NCBI GenBank assembly: GCA_000965745.1 | Contig: CP009479.1 | Location: forward strand, 864,001 to 928,000 | Origin: an uncultured archaeon | GTDB lineage: Archaea; Thermoplasmatota; Thermoplasmata; Thermoplasmatales; Thermoplasmataceae | Length of the DNA: 64,000 nt | Reading direction: 5' to 3' | Shown: positions 9,598 through 19,840 of the stretch, in pieces | Layout of the letters: every line of letters starts with the position of its first letter | Numbering within the stretch: the first letter of the stretch is position 1 | Notes under the pieces: model-generated | What the model was told of the DNA's origin: nothing | The model's database searches: none | The model's input: the letters and a program-made list of their open reading frames with translations, nothing else | Position numbers and translations under genes: made by a program

Positions 9598-11884
9598 CTT
9601 TCTTGTCTGTTTTTTTCTTGTTGAACTCACAATCCATCTTGGGGCAGAATTTCCACTTTCTCCTGCTCCTGGTAGCGACAATCAGCGGAGACCCGCAATG
9701 CTCGCACTTCTCTCCTGTTGCAGAAAGTAATCCCATCTGGGGAAGTGGGTAGGTCACAGTGCAGTCCGGGTAGTTCGAGCAGCCAAGGAACCTCTTTCCA
9801 TACCTGGACTGCCTGACAACAAGGTTTCCCCCGTCAGATGGGCATGAGCCGAAGTTGTCCTTCCTCTTGTTGAACTCACAGGATGGATCGATGCACCTGT
9901 AATCCGGGGACTGTCCTCTCCTGATGGCTTTAATCTGCGGCAACGAACAGACAGGGCATTCCTTGTCTGTAAGCTGGATAAGGATCCGTGCAGGAGCCTT
10001 GAAATCTATCTTGCAGGTGTCATCCTCGCACTTCAGCCTTGAGAATGACCTTTCCTTAATGTGGAGTATATTCTTTCCTTTGTGAATTGGGCATTCCCCT
10101 ATGGGTGAACCCATTCTGAGGTGCTCCCTGATAGTATCCTTTATGACCGATTCATTCTTCTTGAGATCGTTCAGCACATTGTGGAGCATTTTCCTGGACA
10201 GATCGACAACCTCTGTTTTCTTTATCTCGCTGTTTGCGATCTTGTCCATGTCAACTTCCAGGGCAGCAGTCATTTCCGGCTCGGCTATCTGGGACTCCAC
10301 CGTGAGTATTGACTTGATTAGGCCTATACCTAGGGGTGTCGGCCTGACAGGGTTCCCCTCTATAAAACCCCTGTTCTGGAGTTTGGCAATAATGTCATGC
10401 CGCGTGCTCTTGGTTCCTAGATTCAGATCCTCCATCTTCTTGAGGAGCGAAGACACATCGTATCTCCTGGGCGGTTTCGTGAAATCCTCATTCTTCTGCC
10501 AGTCTCTGGCCTCAACCTCCTCTCCCTCTTCAAGATCGGGGTGGAAATTCTCCTTGGGGTGGTAATACGTGTAGATGCTCAGCCACCCTTTCTTCGTTAT
10601 CCTCACGCCCTTGGTCAGGAAATTATAGTCTGCGACCCTGATGGTTGCCTCCTTGATCTCCCTCCCGCCTTCCTCGTAAAGTGTCGCGAGAAACCTCTTG
10701 GTGACAAGCTCGTAGACTTTTGCGTAGTCACCTTTCAGGGCACCTTTCTTAGCAGCTCCCGTAGGGTAGATCGGAGGATGGTCTGTTGCCTCTGTCCTCC
10801 CTCTGGAAGGCCTGATCTTTTCCTGTGAAAGGACCATGTCAACCTCCTTTGAAAACTCTGTTTCCTTGAGCTTGTTAAGAACACTCTTGAGATTTATTGA
10901 CCTCTGGTAAACGGTGTTGTCAGTTCTCGGGTAACTGATCAGACCCCTCATGTAAAGTGATTCCGCTATATTCATCGCCTTCGCAGGGGCAATCTGGATC
11001 CTGGAAGCCTCCCTTAGAAACTCGGTAGTGTTGAAGGGGGGAGGCCTGCCTATACGCTCATTTCTCTTTTCGAACTGAATTACTGATCCGTTCCTTCCGT
11101 TAATGGAATTGAATATCTTTTCGGCCTCCTCTTCATCGAATATGTCCCCGCCCTCATACTCTCCGGTAAAATCGCCCTCCTTATGGAAGACTACCTGTAC
11201 CTTCCAGAATTGCTGCGGGACGAAGGAGTTGATTTCCAGTTCTCTGTTTACAATGAGGCCGAGGGTGGGGGTCTGAACCCTTCCGACTGAGAGGAAATCC
11301 TTTCCGTACCTGTTTGAGACAACAGATATGAACCTTGTTAGGACTGCCCCCCACATCAGGTCTATCTCTTCCCTTGCGGAAGCTGAGTCTGCAAGGTTAT
11401 AATCAACCTCGATGAGGTCATCAAACGCGCTTGTGATCTCATCCTTGGTGAGTGCACTGAACTTGGCCCTTCTGATGCTGGGTGTAGTCTTGCTTTTCTT
11501 CTGTGCATCCTTTATGATGTCCAGGGCTTCCACCCCGATGAGTTCTCCCTCCCTGTCATAGTCGGTTGCGACTACAACTGTATCAACATCCTTGGAAAGG
11601 GCCTGAAGGGTGTTTACTGCATTCCTGTTCTTGGAAACATGGATTATGTCCGCATCTATCAGTTCACTGAAGTCTACAGACTTCCAGTCCTTCATGGTCT
11701 CCGGAAAATTGATCTCAACAATATGGCCGCTTAGAGGGATTAGATAGTAATGTACCCCATCTTTCTCGAACTCTATATAACTCATTCCCTTGGGCCTTTT
11801 CTGCTTTGAGGAGCCTTCCGACAGGAAGTAGGCAATCCTTCTGCCGGCATCAGCCTTCTCTGCAATTATGATCTTATTGGACAA
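9566..11884 (-). CDS. topA: DNA topoisomerase IA with C-terminal zinc ribbons
   Basis: IAEK TOPRIM start, ATDYDREGE, SVGRVQTP, ISYPRTD (catalytic Tyr), GTKSTR, Cys4 ribbons. Confidence 0.97.
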   Translation of the reverse strand: MSNKIIIAEKADAGRRIAYFLSEGSSKQKRPKGMSYIEFEKDGVHYYLIPLSGHIVEINFPETMKDWKSVDFSELIDADIIHVSKNRNAVNTLQALSKDVDTVVVATDYDREGELIGVEALDIIKDAQKKSKTTPSIRRAKFSALTKDEITSAFDDLIEVDYNLADSASAREEIDLMWGAVLTRFISVVSNRYGKDFLSVGRVQTPTLGLIVNRELEINSFVPQQFWKVQVVFHKEGDFTGEYEGGDIFDEEEAEKIFNSINGRNGSVIQFEKRNERIGRPPPFNTTEFLREASRIQIAPAKAMNIAESLYMRGLISYPRTDNTVYQRSINLKSVLNKLKETEFSKEVDMVLSQEKIRPSRGRTEATDHPPIYPTGAAKKGALKGDYAKVYELVTKRFLATLYEEGGREIKEATIRVADYNFLTKGVRITKKGWLSIYTYYHPKENFHPDLEEGEEVEARDWQKNEDFTKPPRRYDVSSLLKKMEDLNLGTKSTRHDIIAKLQNRGFIEGNPVRPTPLGIGLIKSILTVESQIAEPEMTAALEVDMDKIANSEIKKTEVVDLSRKMLHNVLNDLKKNESVIKDTIREHLRMGSPIGECPIHKGKNILHIKERSFSRLKCEDDTCKIDFKAPARILIQLTDKECPVCSLPQIKAIRRGQSPDYRCIDPSCEFNKRKDNFGSCPSDGGNLVVRQSRYGKRFLGCSNYPDCTVTYPLPQMGLLSATGEKCEHCGSPLIVATRSRRKWKFCPKMDCEFNKKKTDKKGEKSDKAKSS

Positions 11885-11973
11885 TTCGTTCCCTCAATAC
11901 TGGTGGAGTAGGTAGAATCAACATATCTTATATATTTTTACACATAAAACCACAGCGCAGCCAATGGCCCATA

Positions 11974-12936
11974 TCACTTGAAAAGCTCCCTGACCTGCTC
12001 ATCTGGTGAGTTCCCTCCCGTAATAATCAAGGCTATTTTCTTCCCCTTTATCTTTTCCTTCATCTTAAGTGCCGCCGCTATGGAGGATGAAGATGCAGAT
12101 TCCGGGATGATGTGGGCCTTCTCAGCTACAAGCCTCATGGACACCTTTATGTCATTATCGCTGACGAGTGTAAATTCATCGAGGTGCCTTCTCATGATCT
12201 TCTGGGTGAATTCATAACCTTCGGCGGTTGAAAGGCCTTCAGCATATGTCCTGTTTTCAGCCTCAACTATTCTTCCCTCCTTCCACGAAAGGAAGGCTGC
12301 CGGGGAACTTTCAGACTGGACTCCGATAACTTCAATTCCGGAATTAACAGCCTTTGCCACTATGGAAGCGCCGCTCGCACCGCTACCTCCACCTACAGGC
12401 ACTATTATGGCATCTATGTCCGGCACTTCCTCGAGAACCTCGAGTGTGAGGGTACCAACTCCCGCGACAAGATCGGGCTCGTTTGCCGAATGTATGTACC
12501 TGTACCCCTCTTCTCTTGAAAGTGACTCTGCGTATATTCTTGCATCATCAAATCTGGGGCCATGGAAAATTATCTCACCTCCAAGGCTCCTCGTTGCCTG
12601 AACCTTTTCCGGGTTTGACCCCTCAGGCATTACAACCATGGCATGGGTCCCGAACAGCCTTGAAGCATAAGACACTCCTTGGGAGAAATTTCCAGTGGAT
12701 GCTGCTATCACACCTTTCCTCCTCTCTTCGGCACTCAGTTTTGAAATAAGGTAGGTGGCGCCCCTCACCTTGAAAGAACCAGTCGGGAGCATGTTTTCGA
12801 GCTTCAGGTAAGTTTGAGCTCCCAGTTCCGAATCCAGGGCGGGGAAGTTGACCAGTGGGCTTGGAGGAAAATATCTGCGCAGCACCTTTCTCGCAAGCAT
12901 TACATCATTCAGTTTCGGGACCATGTAGTCAGGCAT
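11974..12936 (-). CDS. PLP-dependent threonine/serine dehydratase (short form)
   Basis: KLEN..TGSFKVRG, STGNF, PVGGGSG, ITGGN. Confidence 0.88.
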   Translation of the reverse strand: MPDYMVPKLNDVMLARKVLRRYFPPSPLVNFPALDSELGAQTYLKLENMLPTGSFKVRGATYLISKLSAEERRKGVIAASTGNFSQGVSYASRLFGTHAMVVMPEGSNPEKVQATRSLGGEIIFHGPRFDDARIYAESLSREEGYRYIHSANEPDLVAGVGTLTLEVLEEVPDIDAIIVPVGGGSGASGASIVAKAVNSGIEVIGVQSESSPAAFLSWKEGRIVEAENRTYAEGLSTAEGYEFTQKIMRRHLDEFTLVSDNDIKVSMRLVAEKAHIIPESASSSSIAAALKMKEKIKGKKIALIITGGNSPDEQVRELFK

Positions 12937-13080
12937 GTTACACGCATATAGGAGTAAGTGAATTTAAAGTATTCAAATAATACAAAGAGGCGTTTGGCCT
13001 GAACCGAAAACAGGCAAACTATTTGAGCCAAATAGGAATGCATTGCCAGTAATCTCCTGTTCCGGCTGAAGAAATTAGAT

Positions 13081-13647
13081 ATGAACATGAACGGCAAACT
13101 GAATATTGAAACTTGCAAAGGGGTATATGAGCCCGCAGAAGACAGCTATCTTATGATCAAAACTGCCAGCTGCGGTAAGAAGGTACTAGAAGTTGGTTCA
13201 GGAAGCGGAATCGTGTCAGTGCACTGTGCCATGCTTGGATCAGAGGTTGATGCGGTTGACATTAATGGACAGGCGGTTGAGTGCACCATTAATAATGCCA
13301 GGAAAAATGGGGTGGAAGTTAACACTTTTGTTTCAGACCTGTTCAATGAAGTGGAAATCGGGATAAAATATGATACTATCATCTTCAATCCGCCTTATCT
13401 TCCGACAGACGACAATATTCCGGGAAGTGAGCAATGGGATGGTGGTCCTGACGGATTCAGGCTGGTTCGCCTATTCCTGAGGGAAGCGCCCGTCCGTCTT
13501 TCAGACCGTGGTGAAATATATCTTATTCTTTCAACGCTTACCGACATTGAGGGCCTGAAAGAGGAATTTTCACATCTCAGATTTGAGGAAGCCGGAAGTT
13601 CCAGCTTCTTCTTTGAAAAGATTTTAGTCTTGAGAATCACTTCATAG
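13081..13647 (+). CDS. HemK2/N6AMT1-like SAM-dependent methyltransferase
   Basis: VYEPAEDS, LEVGSGSG, FNPPY, WDGG. Confidence 0.9.
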   Translation: MNMNGKLNIETCKGVYEPAEDSYLMIKTASCGKKVLEVGSGSGIVSVHCAMLGSEVDAVDINGQAVECTINNARKNGVEVNTFVSDLFNEVEIGIKYDTIIFNPPYLPTDDNIPGSEQWDGGPDGFRLVRLFLREAPVRLSDRGEIYLILSTLTDIEGLKEEFSHLRFEEAGSSSFFFEKILVLRITS

Positions 13648-13689
13648 GGCAGCTTCGGAATACAGTGAACATGAATCTGGAAGGAAAAC

Positions 13690-14778
13690 ATGGGCGGCAT
13701 TGAAGACAGGATAAAGGATATCGAGGAAGAACTCAAGAAAACTGAGTACAATAAGGCTACAGAGCACCACATCGGTATTCTTAAGGCTAAGCTTGCAAAG
13801 CTTCAGGCCGAGGCGAATGAGAGGCATGGCAGCGGAGGCGGAGGGTTTGCAATACCAAAGTCCGGAGACGCAACAATTGCGCTCGTAGGATTTCCCAGCG
13901 TTGGAAAGAGCAGCCTCCTGAACGCTATGACCGGGACGGAGAGCAAAGTTGGAAGCTTTGCCTTCACGACCCTTAAGGTCATCCCCGGAACGCTTGACTA
14001 CAGGGGTGCACAAATACAGATTCTCGATCTGCCAGGAATCATTGAAAATGCAGCTCTTGGATCAGGCAGGGGGCGCGAAGTCCTGAGCATGGTCAGATCT
14101 GCAGATCTGATACTCATCATTACCGACACTGATATGAAAGGCATAGACAGGATCGTTTCAGAGCTGGAGAAGGTGGGAATTGTAGTAAACAGGCGAAAGA
14201 AGAACATTGCAATGAAGAAGGCAAATAAAGGTGGAATAAAGATCCACAAGCCCAAGAACGTTAAAATTGACAATGGAGAAATTAAGGCGGTCATCAAAGA
14301 ATTCAAGATAACAAATGCAGACCTTTACATCAGGGAGAACGTCACAATGGAAGATATCATAGATTTTCTTAGCGGGAACAGGGTCTATGCAAAATCTCTA
14401 GTGGTGGTGAACAAGATTGATATACCCCACGACACCAGAAAGGTGAAAAGGGAATCCGCAAAGTACCCAAGGGTAGTGAAGGTTTCAGCCTCAACTGGTG
14501 TTGGGGTGGAGGAACTCAAAGAGAAGATCTACGACGAGCTGGATCTTGTAAGGGTGTATCTAAGGAAGAAATCAGGCGATGTTGATTTTGAAAGACCGCT
14601 CGTTCTGACCCGTGGTGCCACAGTTCGCGAAGTCTGCAGGCGAGTGAGCAGGGAGATGCTCAGGTCGTTCAGGTATGCATTGCTGACTCGGAACAACAAC
14701 AAGGTTATTGACCAGCGTGTCGGCCTGGATTATGATATTGAGGATGAGGACATCGTTACAATAGTCAGCAGGAACTGA
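13690..14778 (+). CDS. DRG/Rbg1-family OBG GTPase with TGS domain
   Basis: NKATEHH, GFPSVGKS, FTT, DLPG, NKID. Confidence 0.95.
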   Translation: MGGIEDRIKDIEEELKKTEYNKATEHHIGILKAKLAKLQAEANERHGSGGGGFAIPKSGDATIALVGFPSVGKSSLLNAMTGTESKVGSFAFTTLKVIPGTLDYRGAQIQILDLPGIIENAALGSGRGREVLSMVRSADLILIITDTDMKGIDRIVSELEKVGIVVNRRKKNIAMKKANKGGIKIHKPKNVKIDNGEIKAVIKEFKITNADLYIRENVTMEDIIDFLSGNRVYAKSLVVVNKIDIPHDTRKVKRESAKYPRVVKVSASTGVGVEELKEKIYDELDLVRVYLRKKSGDVDFERPLVLTRGATVREVCRRVSREMLRSFRYALLTRNNNKVIDQRVGLDYDIEDEDIVTIVSRN

Positions 14779-14821
14779 CGGATCGTTACTATTTTAATTC
14801 ATAAGGCATACTCAGCATCGT

Positions 14822-15094
14822 ATGCCTTTAACCAAGAGAGTCAGATTTTACGGAAGGGTTCAGGGCGTTTACTTCAGGAGGCGCACAAGGGATGCTGCTT
14901 CTGAGTACGGTGTGTCCGGATGGGTGAAGAACTTGCCGGATGGGTCCGTAGAAGCAGAGTTATCCGGTGATACAGATAAGGTTCAGAGGCTGATAGACTA
15001 CTGCCAGAACGAGATGCCTGTGGCAAGAGTAGACAGGGTGGAAATTACTGACATGGGCTATATTGACCACATCGGTTTCAAGATCAAATACTGA
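14822..15094 (+). CDS. acyP: Acylphosphatase
   Basis: GRVQGVYFR, GWVKNLPDGSVE. Confidence 0.95.
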   Translation: MPLTKRVRFYGRVQGVYFRRRTRDAASEYGVSGWVKNLPDGSVEAELSGDTDKVQRLIDYCQNEMPVARVDRVEITDMGYIDHIGFKIKY

Positions 15095-15096
15095 CT

Positions 15097-16329
15097 TCAG
15101 AAATCAGAAGAAGTGAGCACATCGAACTTGTACCCTATTTCCCTTAGCTTCCCGAGGAGTTCGGAAAGATGATCCTGTCCCCTCAGGCTGAGAGTGAACA
15201 TGATGCTCTGAAAGCCTATGGGCGTATCCTGGATCAGGTTGTCTACCTCGGCGTGGAATATGTTCGCGCCAGTCCCCGAAATGGCTGCACTGATCTTCTG
15301 CAGCGTCCCCGGCTTGTCCGGTATCTTGCACATGATCCTTACCAGCTCAGAGTTGTTTTCAAGGCTTTTGAATATTATTTTTGAGAGCAGTAGGAAGTTT
15401 ATGTTTCCTCCTGAAAGAATAACTGCGACGTTCTTTCCTGCCACGTTAACCTTACCCTCCATTATGGCAGCAAATCCGGCAGCCCCGGATGGCTCAACTA
15501 GGGTCTTGTTTCTTTCCAGAAGCTTGAACAATGCCTTTGCAATCCCTTCTTCAGTTACGGTTACTACTTCATCCACATATTTCATTGCAACTTTGAGATT
15601 GAGCTCTCCAGGATACTTCACCGTTATCCCGTCCGCTATGCTGTCATAGCTCACCTTTGGGACAAGTTTCCCCTCGAGCATGGACAGGCGCATTGAATCT
15701 GACAGTTCGGACTGCACTCCTATGATCCTGACGTCTTTTTTGAGGTATTTTGCGCCGAGCGCAACCCCTGCTATGAGACCTCCTCCTCCGACAGGCACTA
15801 CTATGGTGTCGACATCTGGGAGGTCTTCGAGAATCTCCAGGCCTATTGTAGCCTGCCCTGATATGATGGCAGGATCATTGAATGCTTCTATGAATACCCT
15901 ATTCTCATTCTGTGCGATCTCATCAGCCTTTTCCCTGGCCTCCGCGTAGTCGCTTCCATGCAGGATGACCTTAGCCCCGTAGCCAAGTACAGCGTTTGCT
16001 TTAGCGGGTGTTGCAAACTCCGGCATCACAATTTTCGCGTCTATACCGTTCACCATTGCAGAATATGCAAGCCCCTGTGCGTGATTCCCGGCACTGGCAG
16101 TGGTCACCCCCCTCTTTTTCTCCTCTTCTGTAAGATTTGAAATCCTGTACATGGCCCCTCTTGTTTTGAAAGAGCCCGTCTTCTGCAGGTTTTCCATCTT
16201 GAAATGAATATTGCCGGAATAGGTCTTGCTCATAGTGCTTGAATAAAAAAGAGGGGTTCTGTTTATCTTCCCCTTCAGGTATTCCTGCGCCTTTCTTATA
16301 TCATCCAGTGTCGGGATCTCGCCTTCCAT
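15097..16329 (-). CDS. ilvA: Threonine ammonia-lyase with C-terminal ACT domain
   Basis: ENLQKTGSFKTRG, SAGNHAQG, PVGGGGL, SGGN, PDKPG ACT motif. Confidence 0.92.
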   Translation of the reverse strand: MEGEIPTLDDIRKAQEYLKGKINRTPLFYSSTMSKTYSGNIHFKMENLQKTGSFKTRGAMYRISNLTEEEKKRGVTTASAGNHAQGLAYSAMVNGIDAKIVMPEFATPAKANAVLGYGAKVILHGSDYAEAREKADEIAQNENRVFIEAFNDPAIISGQATIGLEILEDLPDVDTIVVPVGGGGLIAGVALGAKYLKKDVRIIGVQSELSDSMRLSMLEGKLVPKVSYDSIADGITVKYPGELNLKVAMKYVDEVVTVTEEGIAKALFKLLERNKTLVEPSGAAGFAAIMEGKVNVAGKNVAVILSGGNINFLLLSKIIFKSLENNSELVRIMCKIPDKPGTLQKISAAISGTGANIFHAEVDNLIQDTPIGFQSIMFTLSLRGQDHLSELLGKLREIGYKFDVLTSSDF

Positions 16330-16392
16330 CAGAAACACTCCAATGAATCCCACATGGTGAAAAAAGGGCTATGAATTTTTCGCACAAAGTCT

Positions 16393-18036
16393 TCAGAATA
16401 GACCAGTGATCTCACCATTTTCATCTACGTCTATCCCCTCGGCGGATGGGTGGGTTGGAAGGCCCGGCATGGTCATTACCGATCCCAGAAGCGGCACAAC
16501 AAAGCCTGCTCCTGAAGAAATCGAGACTGAAGTCACCTTGATCCTGAAATCCTTGGGGGCGTTCAGCAGTGTCGGATCGTCGCTAAATGAGTACTGGGTT
16601 TTTGCCAGGCAGACCGGAGCTTCCTCCATTCCGACTTTCTTGAGGTTTCTGATATCCTTCAGTGCGCCTTTCTCATATATTACACCCGAGGCGCCATAAA
16701 TCTCCGTCGCGATCTTTTCTATCTTCTCCTTGATATCGTCATCATCGTTATAGGTCCTCTTTATCTGGATATCCTTCTCGGGGATGCTTCCGATAACTTC
16801 CTTTGCAAGGTCGATTCCACCATCCCCCCCTTTGGCGAAGACTTCTGAAAGCGCGAATTTTATGCTGTTCTTCTGCAGTATTTCGATCAGGGCTTTTATT
16901 TCGTTCTCAGTATCCTTGGGGAACCTGTTTATCGCTACAACCGGCTCGAACCCGAATTGGCGCATGTTCTGCACGTGTCTGATCAAGTTTTCTGATCCTG
17001 ATTCGAGCGCTTCAACGTTTTCCTGGTTGATATCCTCGGCCCTGCCATGGTGCTTCAAAGCCCTGATAGTTGCGACTACTACCACCGCATCAACCGGAAG
17101 ATTGCCTATTTTGCTTGCGAGGTTCATGAACTTCTCGGCCCCGAGCTCAGAGCCGAAACCCGCCTCAGTTATCAGATAATCTGTAAGCTTCAGTCCTAAC
17201 TTGTCTGCAAGGATGCTCGATGTTCCATGGGCAATATTCCCGAATGGCCCAGTGTGAACGAAAGCTGGAACTCCTTCCTGAGTCTGGACAAGATTTGGCC
17301 TCAAAGCATCCCTCAGAAGCGCAGCCATAGCACCTGCAGCCTTTAGGTCCCCTGCGAACACAGGCTTGTTGTCTGTTGAATATCCCACAAGTATCTTCGA
17401 GAGCCTTTCCTTAAGGTCAGAGTAACTCTGGGAAAGCCCAAGGATTGCCATAATTTCTGAAGCGGGAGTAATCACAAATTTGTCATTGGTTATTGCACCG
17501 GTGTCCCTTCCTCCTACTCCCACAATGATCTCCCTGAGGGACCTGTCATTCATATCTATCGTTCTTGGAAAGAGTATCTTCTTCGGGTCTATATTTAGCG
17601 GGTTTCCATGGTGAATGTGGTTGTTGATCAGCGCAGAGAGCAGGTTGTGTGCAGCTGAGACTGCAGGAAAATCAGAAGTGAACAGAAGGTTGATCCTGTC
17701 GCTTGGCTCCACGGTGGATTTTCCGCCACCGGTAGCACCTCCCTTAATGCCGAAACATGGACCCAGAGAGGGCTCCCTGAGTGCTACCGCCACATTCTTT
17801 CCCAGTTTCTGGAAAGCCTGGGAGAGACCTATGCTTGTAGTGGTCTTCCCTTCCCCCGCCGGTGTCGGGTTTATTGCAGTTACAAGTATGAGTTTCCCTC
17901 TTTTTCTCCCCTCCCTCCTAGACAGGGCCGAAAGCGAGACTTTGGCCATGGTTCTCCCGTAGGGTTCGTACTCATCCTTCCCAAGCCCAAGCTTGGATGC
18001 TATTTCGGATATTTCCCTCAATTCCATCTCATTCAT
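16393..18036 (-). CDS. fhs: Formate--tetrahydrofolate ligase
   Basis: TPAGEGKTT, GIKGGATGGG, GPFGNIAHG, TEAGFG, AKTQYSFSD, MTMPGLP. Confidence 0.97.
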   Translation of the reverse strand: MNEMELREISEIASKLGLGKDEYEPYGRTMAKVSLSALSRREGRKRGKLILVTAINPTPAGEGKTTTSIGLSQAFQKLGKNVAVALREPSLGPCFGIKGGATGGGKSTVEPSDRINLLFTSDFPAVSAAHNLLSALINNHIHHGNPLNIDPKKILFPRTIDMNDRSLREIIVGVGGRDTGAITNDKFVITPASEIMAILGLSQSYSDLKERLSKILVGYSTDNKPVFAGDLKAAGAMAALLRDALRPNLVQTQEGVPAFVHTGPFGNIAHGTSSILADKLGLKLTDYLITEAGFGSELGAEKFMNLASKIGNLPVDAVVVVATIRALKHHGRAEDINQENVEALESGSENLIRHVQNMRQFGFEPVVAINRFPKDTENEIKALIEILQKNSIKFALSEVFAKGGDGGIDLAKEVIGSIPEKDIQIKRTYNDDDDIKEKIEKIATEIYGASGVIYEKGALKDIRNLKKVGMEEAPVCLAKTQYSFSDDPTLLNAPKDFRIKVTSVSISSGAGFVVPLLGSVMTMPGLPTHPSAEGIDVDENGEITGLF

Positions 18037-18652
18037 CTCCTATTGCGGCTTCAACGAGTTGGAGGACTTCGGATTTAAGCCCGTCACAGTCTTTCATGAA
18101 AATGGACATCTTAGACTTCTCCTCACGGGCAAACTCTTCATCCTTCACAGAGTTGAGATTGATCTTTACGTTGTAGAGTACTCCTTCTATTGCAGAATGT
18201 GCAAAGAGAGCAGCACAGCCGGCATCAGTGACGGCATTCCTGTTCCCATGCCTGGCAAGAGCCAGCGCGAGCTCAAGGACTTCCCGTGAGGCTGAGGCTA
18301 TCTTCCACGGTACCCGTATTGCCCCTTTCGAAGCCTCCACAATCTTATCTTTTCTCTCTTTGACCTCTTCGTCAGAATTCTTTGGCATTTTCAAGGCTTT
18401 TATGATCTCATTGAAGGCATCTTCATCATCCTTCATGAATTTCCTGAGGTCAGCATCTATCTTCTTGCTCTTCTCAATGATTGAATTCATCTCGCCTTCG
18501 TATTCCTCGTATTTTCTCTTGTTGACTGTAAGCGAGGCAACCATCTGATTTAGTGATGAGGCGACTATAGATACCATTGCACTTGCTGCCCCTCCACCAG
18601 GAGCAGGGGATGAGCTTGCAAGCCTTTCCAGAAATGTGTCATAGCTTTCCAC
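18029..18652 (-). CDS. Formiminotetrahydrofolate cyclodeaminase (stand-alone domain)
   Basis: LASSSPAPGGG, GNRNAVTD, NVKINL; GTG start just after the ftcD stop. Confidence 0.9.
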   Translation of the reverse strand: MESYDTFLERLASSSPAPGGGAASAMVSIVASSLNQMVASLTVNKRKYEEYEGEMNSIIEKSKKIDADLRKFMKDDEDAFNEIIKALKMPKNSDEEVKERKDKIVEASKGAIRVPWKIASASREVLELALALARHGNRNAVTDAGCAALFAHSAIEGVLYNVKINLNSVKDEEFAREEKSKMSIFMKDCDGLKSEVLQLVEAAIGDE

Positions 18653-18656
18653 ATAA

Positions 18657-19553
18657 TCACTTCCACAGTTTTCTCTCAAGGATCTGGTCGTTCTTGAATG
18701 AATTGAGCTGCAGGTAGAATTTTGTTGCCTCTATCATGGCATCCATTGGAACAAGTCCAACGATTTCCGATTCCACCACAGAGACTCCATATCTTGCAGC
18801 CTCCATTTTGACCATTTCGAAAACTCGATATATGGGGGTTTTCTTGTAATTTGTCAGGTTCATGGAGATCTGCACCATCCTCTTATCCTCAAGGTAGAAT
18901 GCCAGCGATTTCACAAAGGCGAACCCCCCGTCTTTCGCGCGGAGCGCCCTTGCTATTTTTTTCCCGAGATTTATGTCCACGGTGTTGAGATTGACATTGT
19001 AGGCTATTAGAAAATCCCTGGCCCCAATTATTGTGGCTCCTGCACTGCCAACTTTCTGCGGACCAAAGTCAGGCTTCCATTTTTCTTCATCTATGGATGC
19101 CTTTAACTGTTCAAACTGAAATTTCCGGCCCCTGATATCCTCAAGGCTCTTCCGTGATGGGACGAGTGCAGCGTCACTGTATAGGTAAACCGGAATATTG
19201 AGCTCCTCCCCAACTCTCTTTGCTAACATTCTTGCGAGCTTAACGCAGTCATTCATGTCTGCTCCGCTCAACGGTATGAATGGTACAACATCTGTTGCCC
19301 CAAACCGGGGATGCTCTCCCGAGTGCCTGTTCAGGTCAATGAGCTCTGCAGCCTTTTTTATGCCCTGAAATGCAGCTTCCACCACATTTTCATAATCTGC
19401 AGTGAATGTAACAACACTCCTGTTATGGTTTTCGTCCATCTCCATATCGAGAATGGTAACACCCTTTACAGAAGAAATTGCAGAAACTATCTGTTCAACC
19501 CTGTCCTCTTTTCGACCTTCACTGAAATTAGGGACGCACTCGATCAATTTCAT
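18657..19553 (-). CDS. ftcD: Glutamate formiminotransferase
   Basis: ECVPNFSEG, HNRSV, HPRFGATDVVPF, LIAYNVNL, SEIVGL. Confidence 0.95.
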   Translation of the reverse strand: MKLIECVPNFSEGRKEDRVEQIVSAISSVKGVTILDMEMDENHNRSVVTFTADYENVVEAAFQGIKKAAELIDLNRHSGEHPRFGATDVVPFIPLSGADMNDCVKLARMLAKRVGEELNIPVYLYSDAALVPSRKSLEDIRGRKFQFEQLKASIDEEKWKPDFGPQKVGSAGATIIGARDFLIAYNVNLNTVDINLGKKIARALRAKDGGFAFVKSLAFYLEDKRMVQISMNLTNYKKTPIYRVFEMVKMEAARYGVSVVESEIVGLVPMDAMIEATKFYLQLNSFKNDQILERKLWK

Positions 19554-19840
19554 AGTAAGTTATCGGACGAATGGTATTAAATTTGATTAGGTATATTTCA
19601 TGGGGTGAATAATAATTATTGAGCGTTCTAATTTTCATGTTTTACTGTTTTCATAAGTTATTTACAGATTTCATTTTCCATTAGGAAGCGCTTGATTTCT
19701 ATATTATGATCCAGACATGGTAATCATTAGGGTAGGTTATATATGATCGAATTTGCATTCAAAGCTAATAAAATATCAAATAATACAAACTCTATTATTT
19801 GATTTACAGATGGTTAGGTTACCATCTCGGAGGCTTATGA

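Noticed and set aside
9598-9681. Long overlap of the presenilin ORF with topA
   Set aside because: More plausible GTG start at 9597
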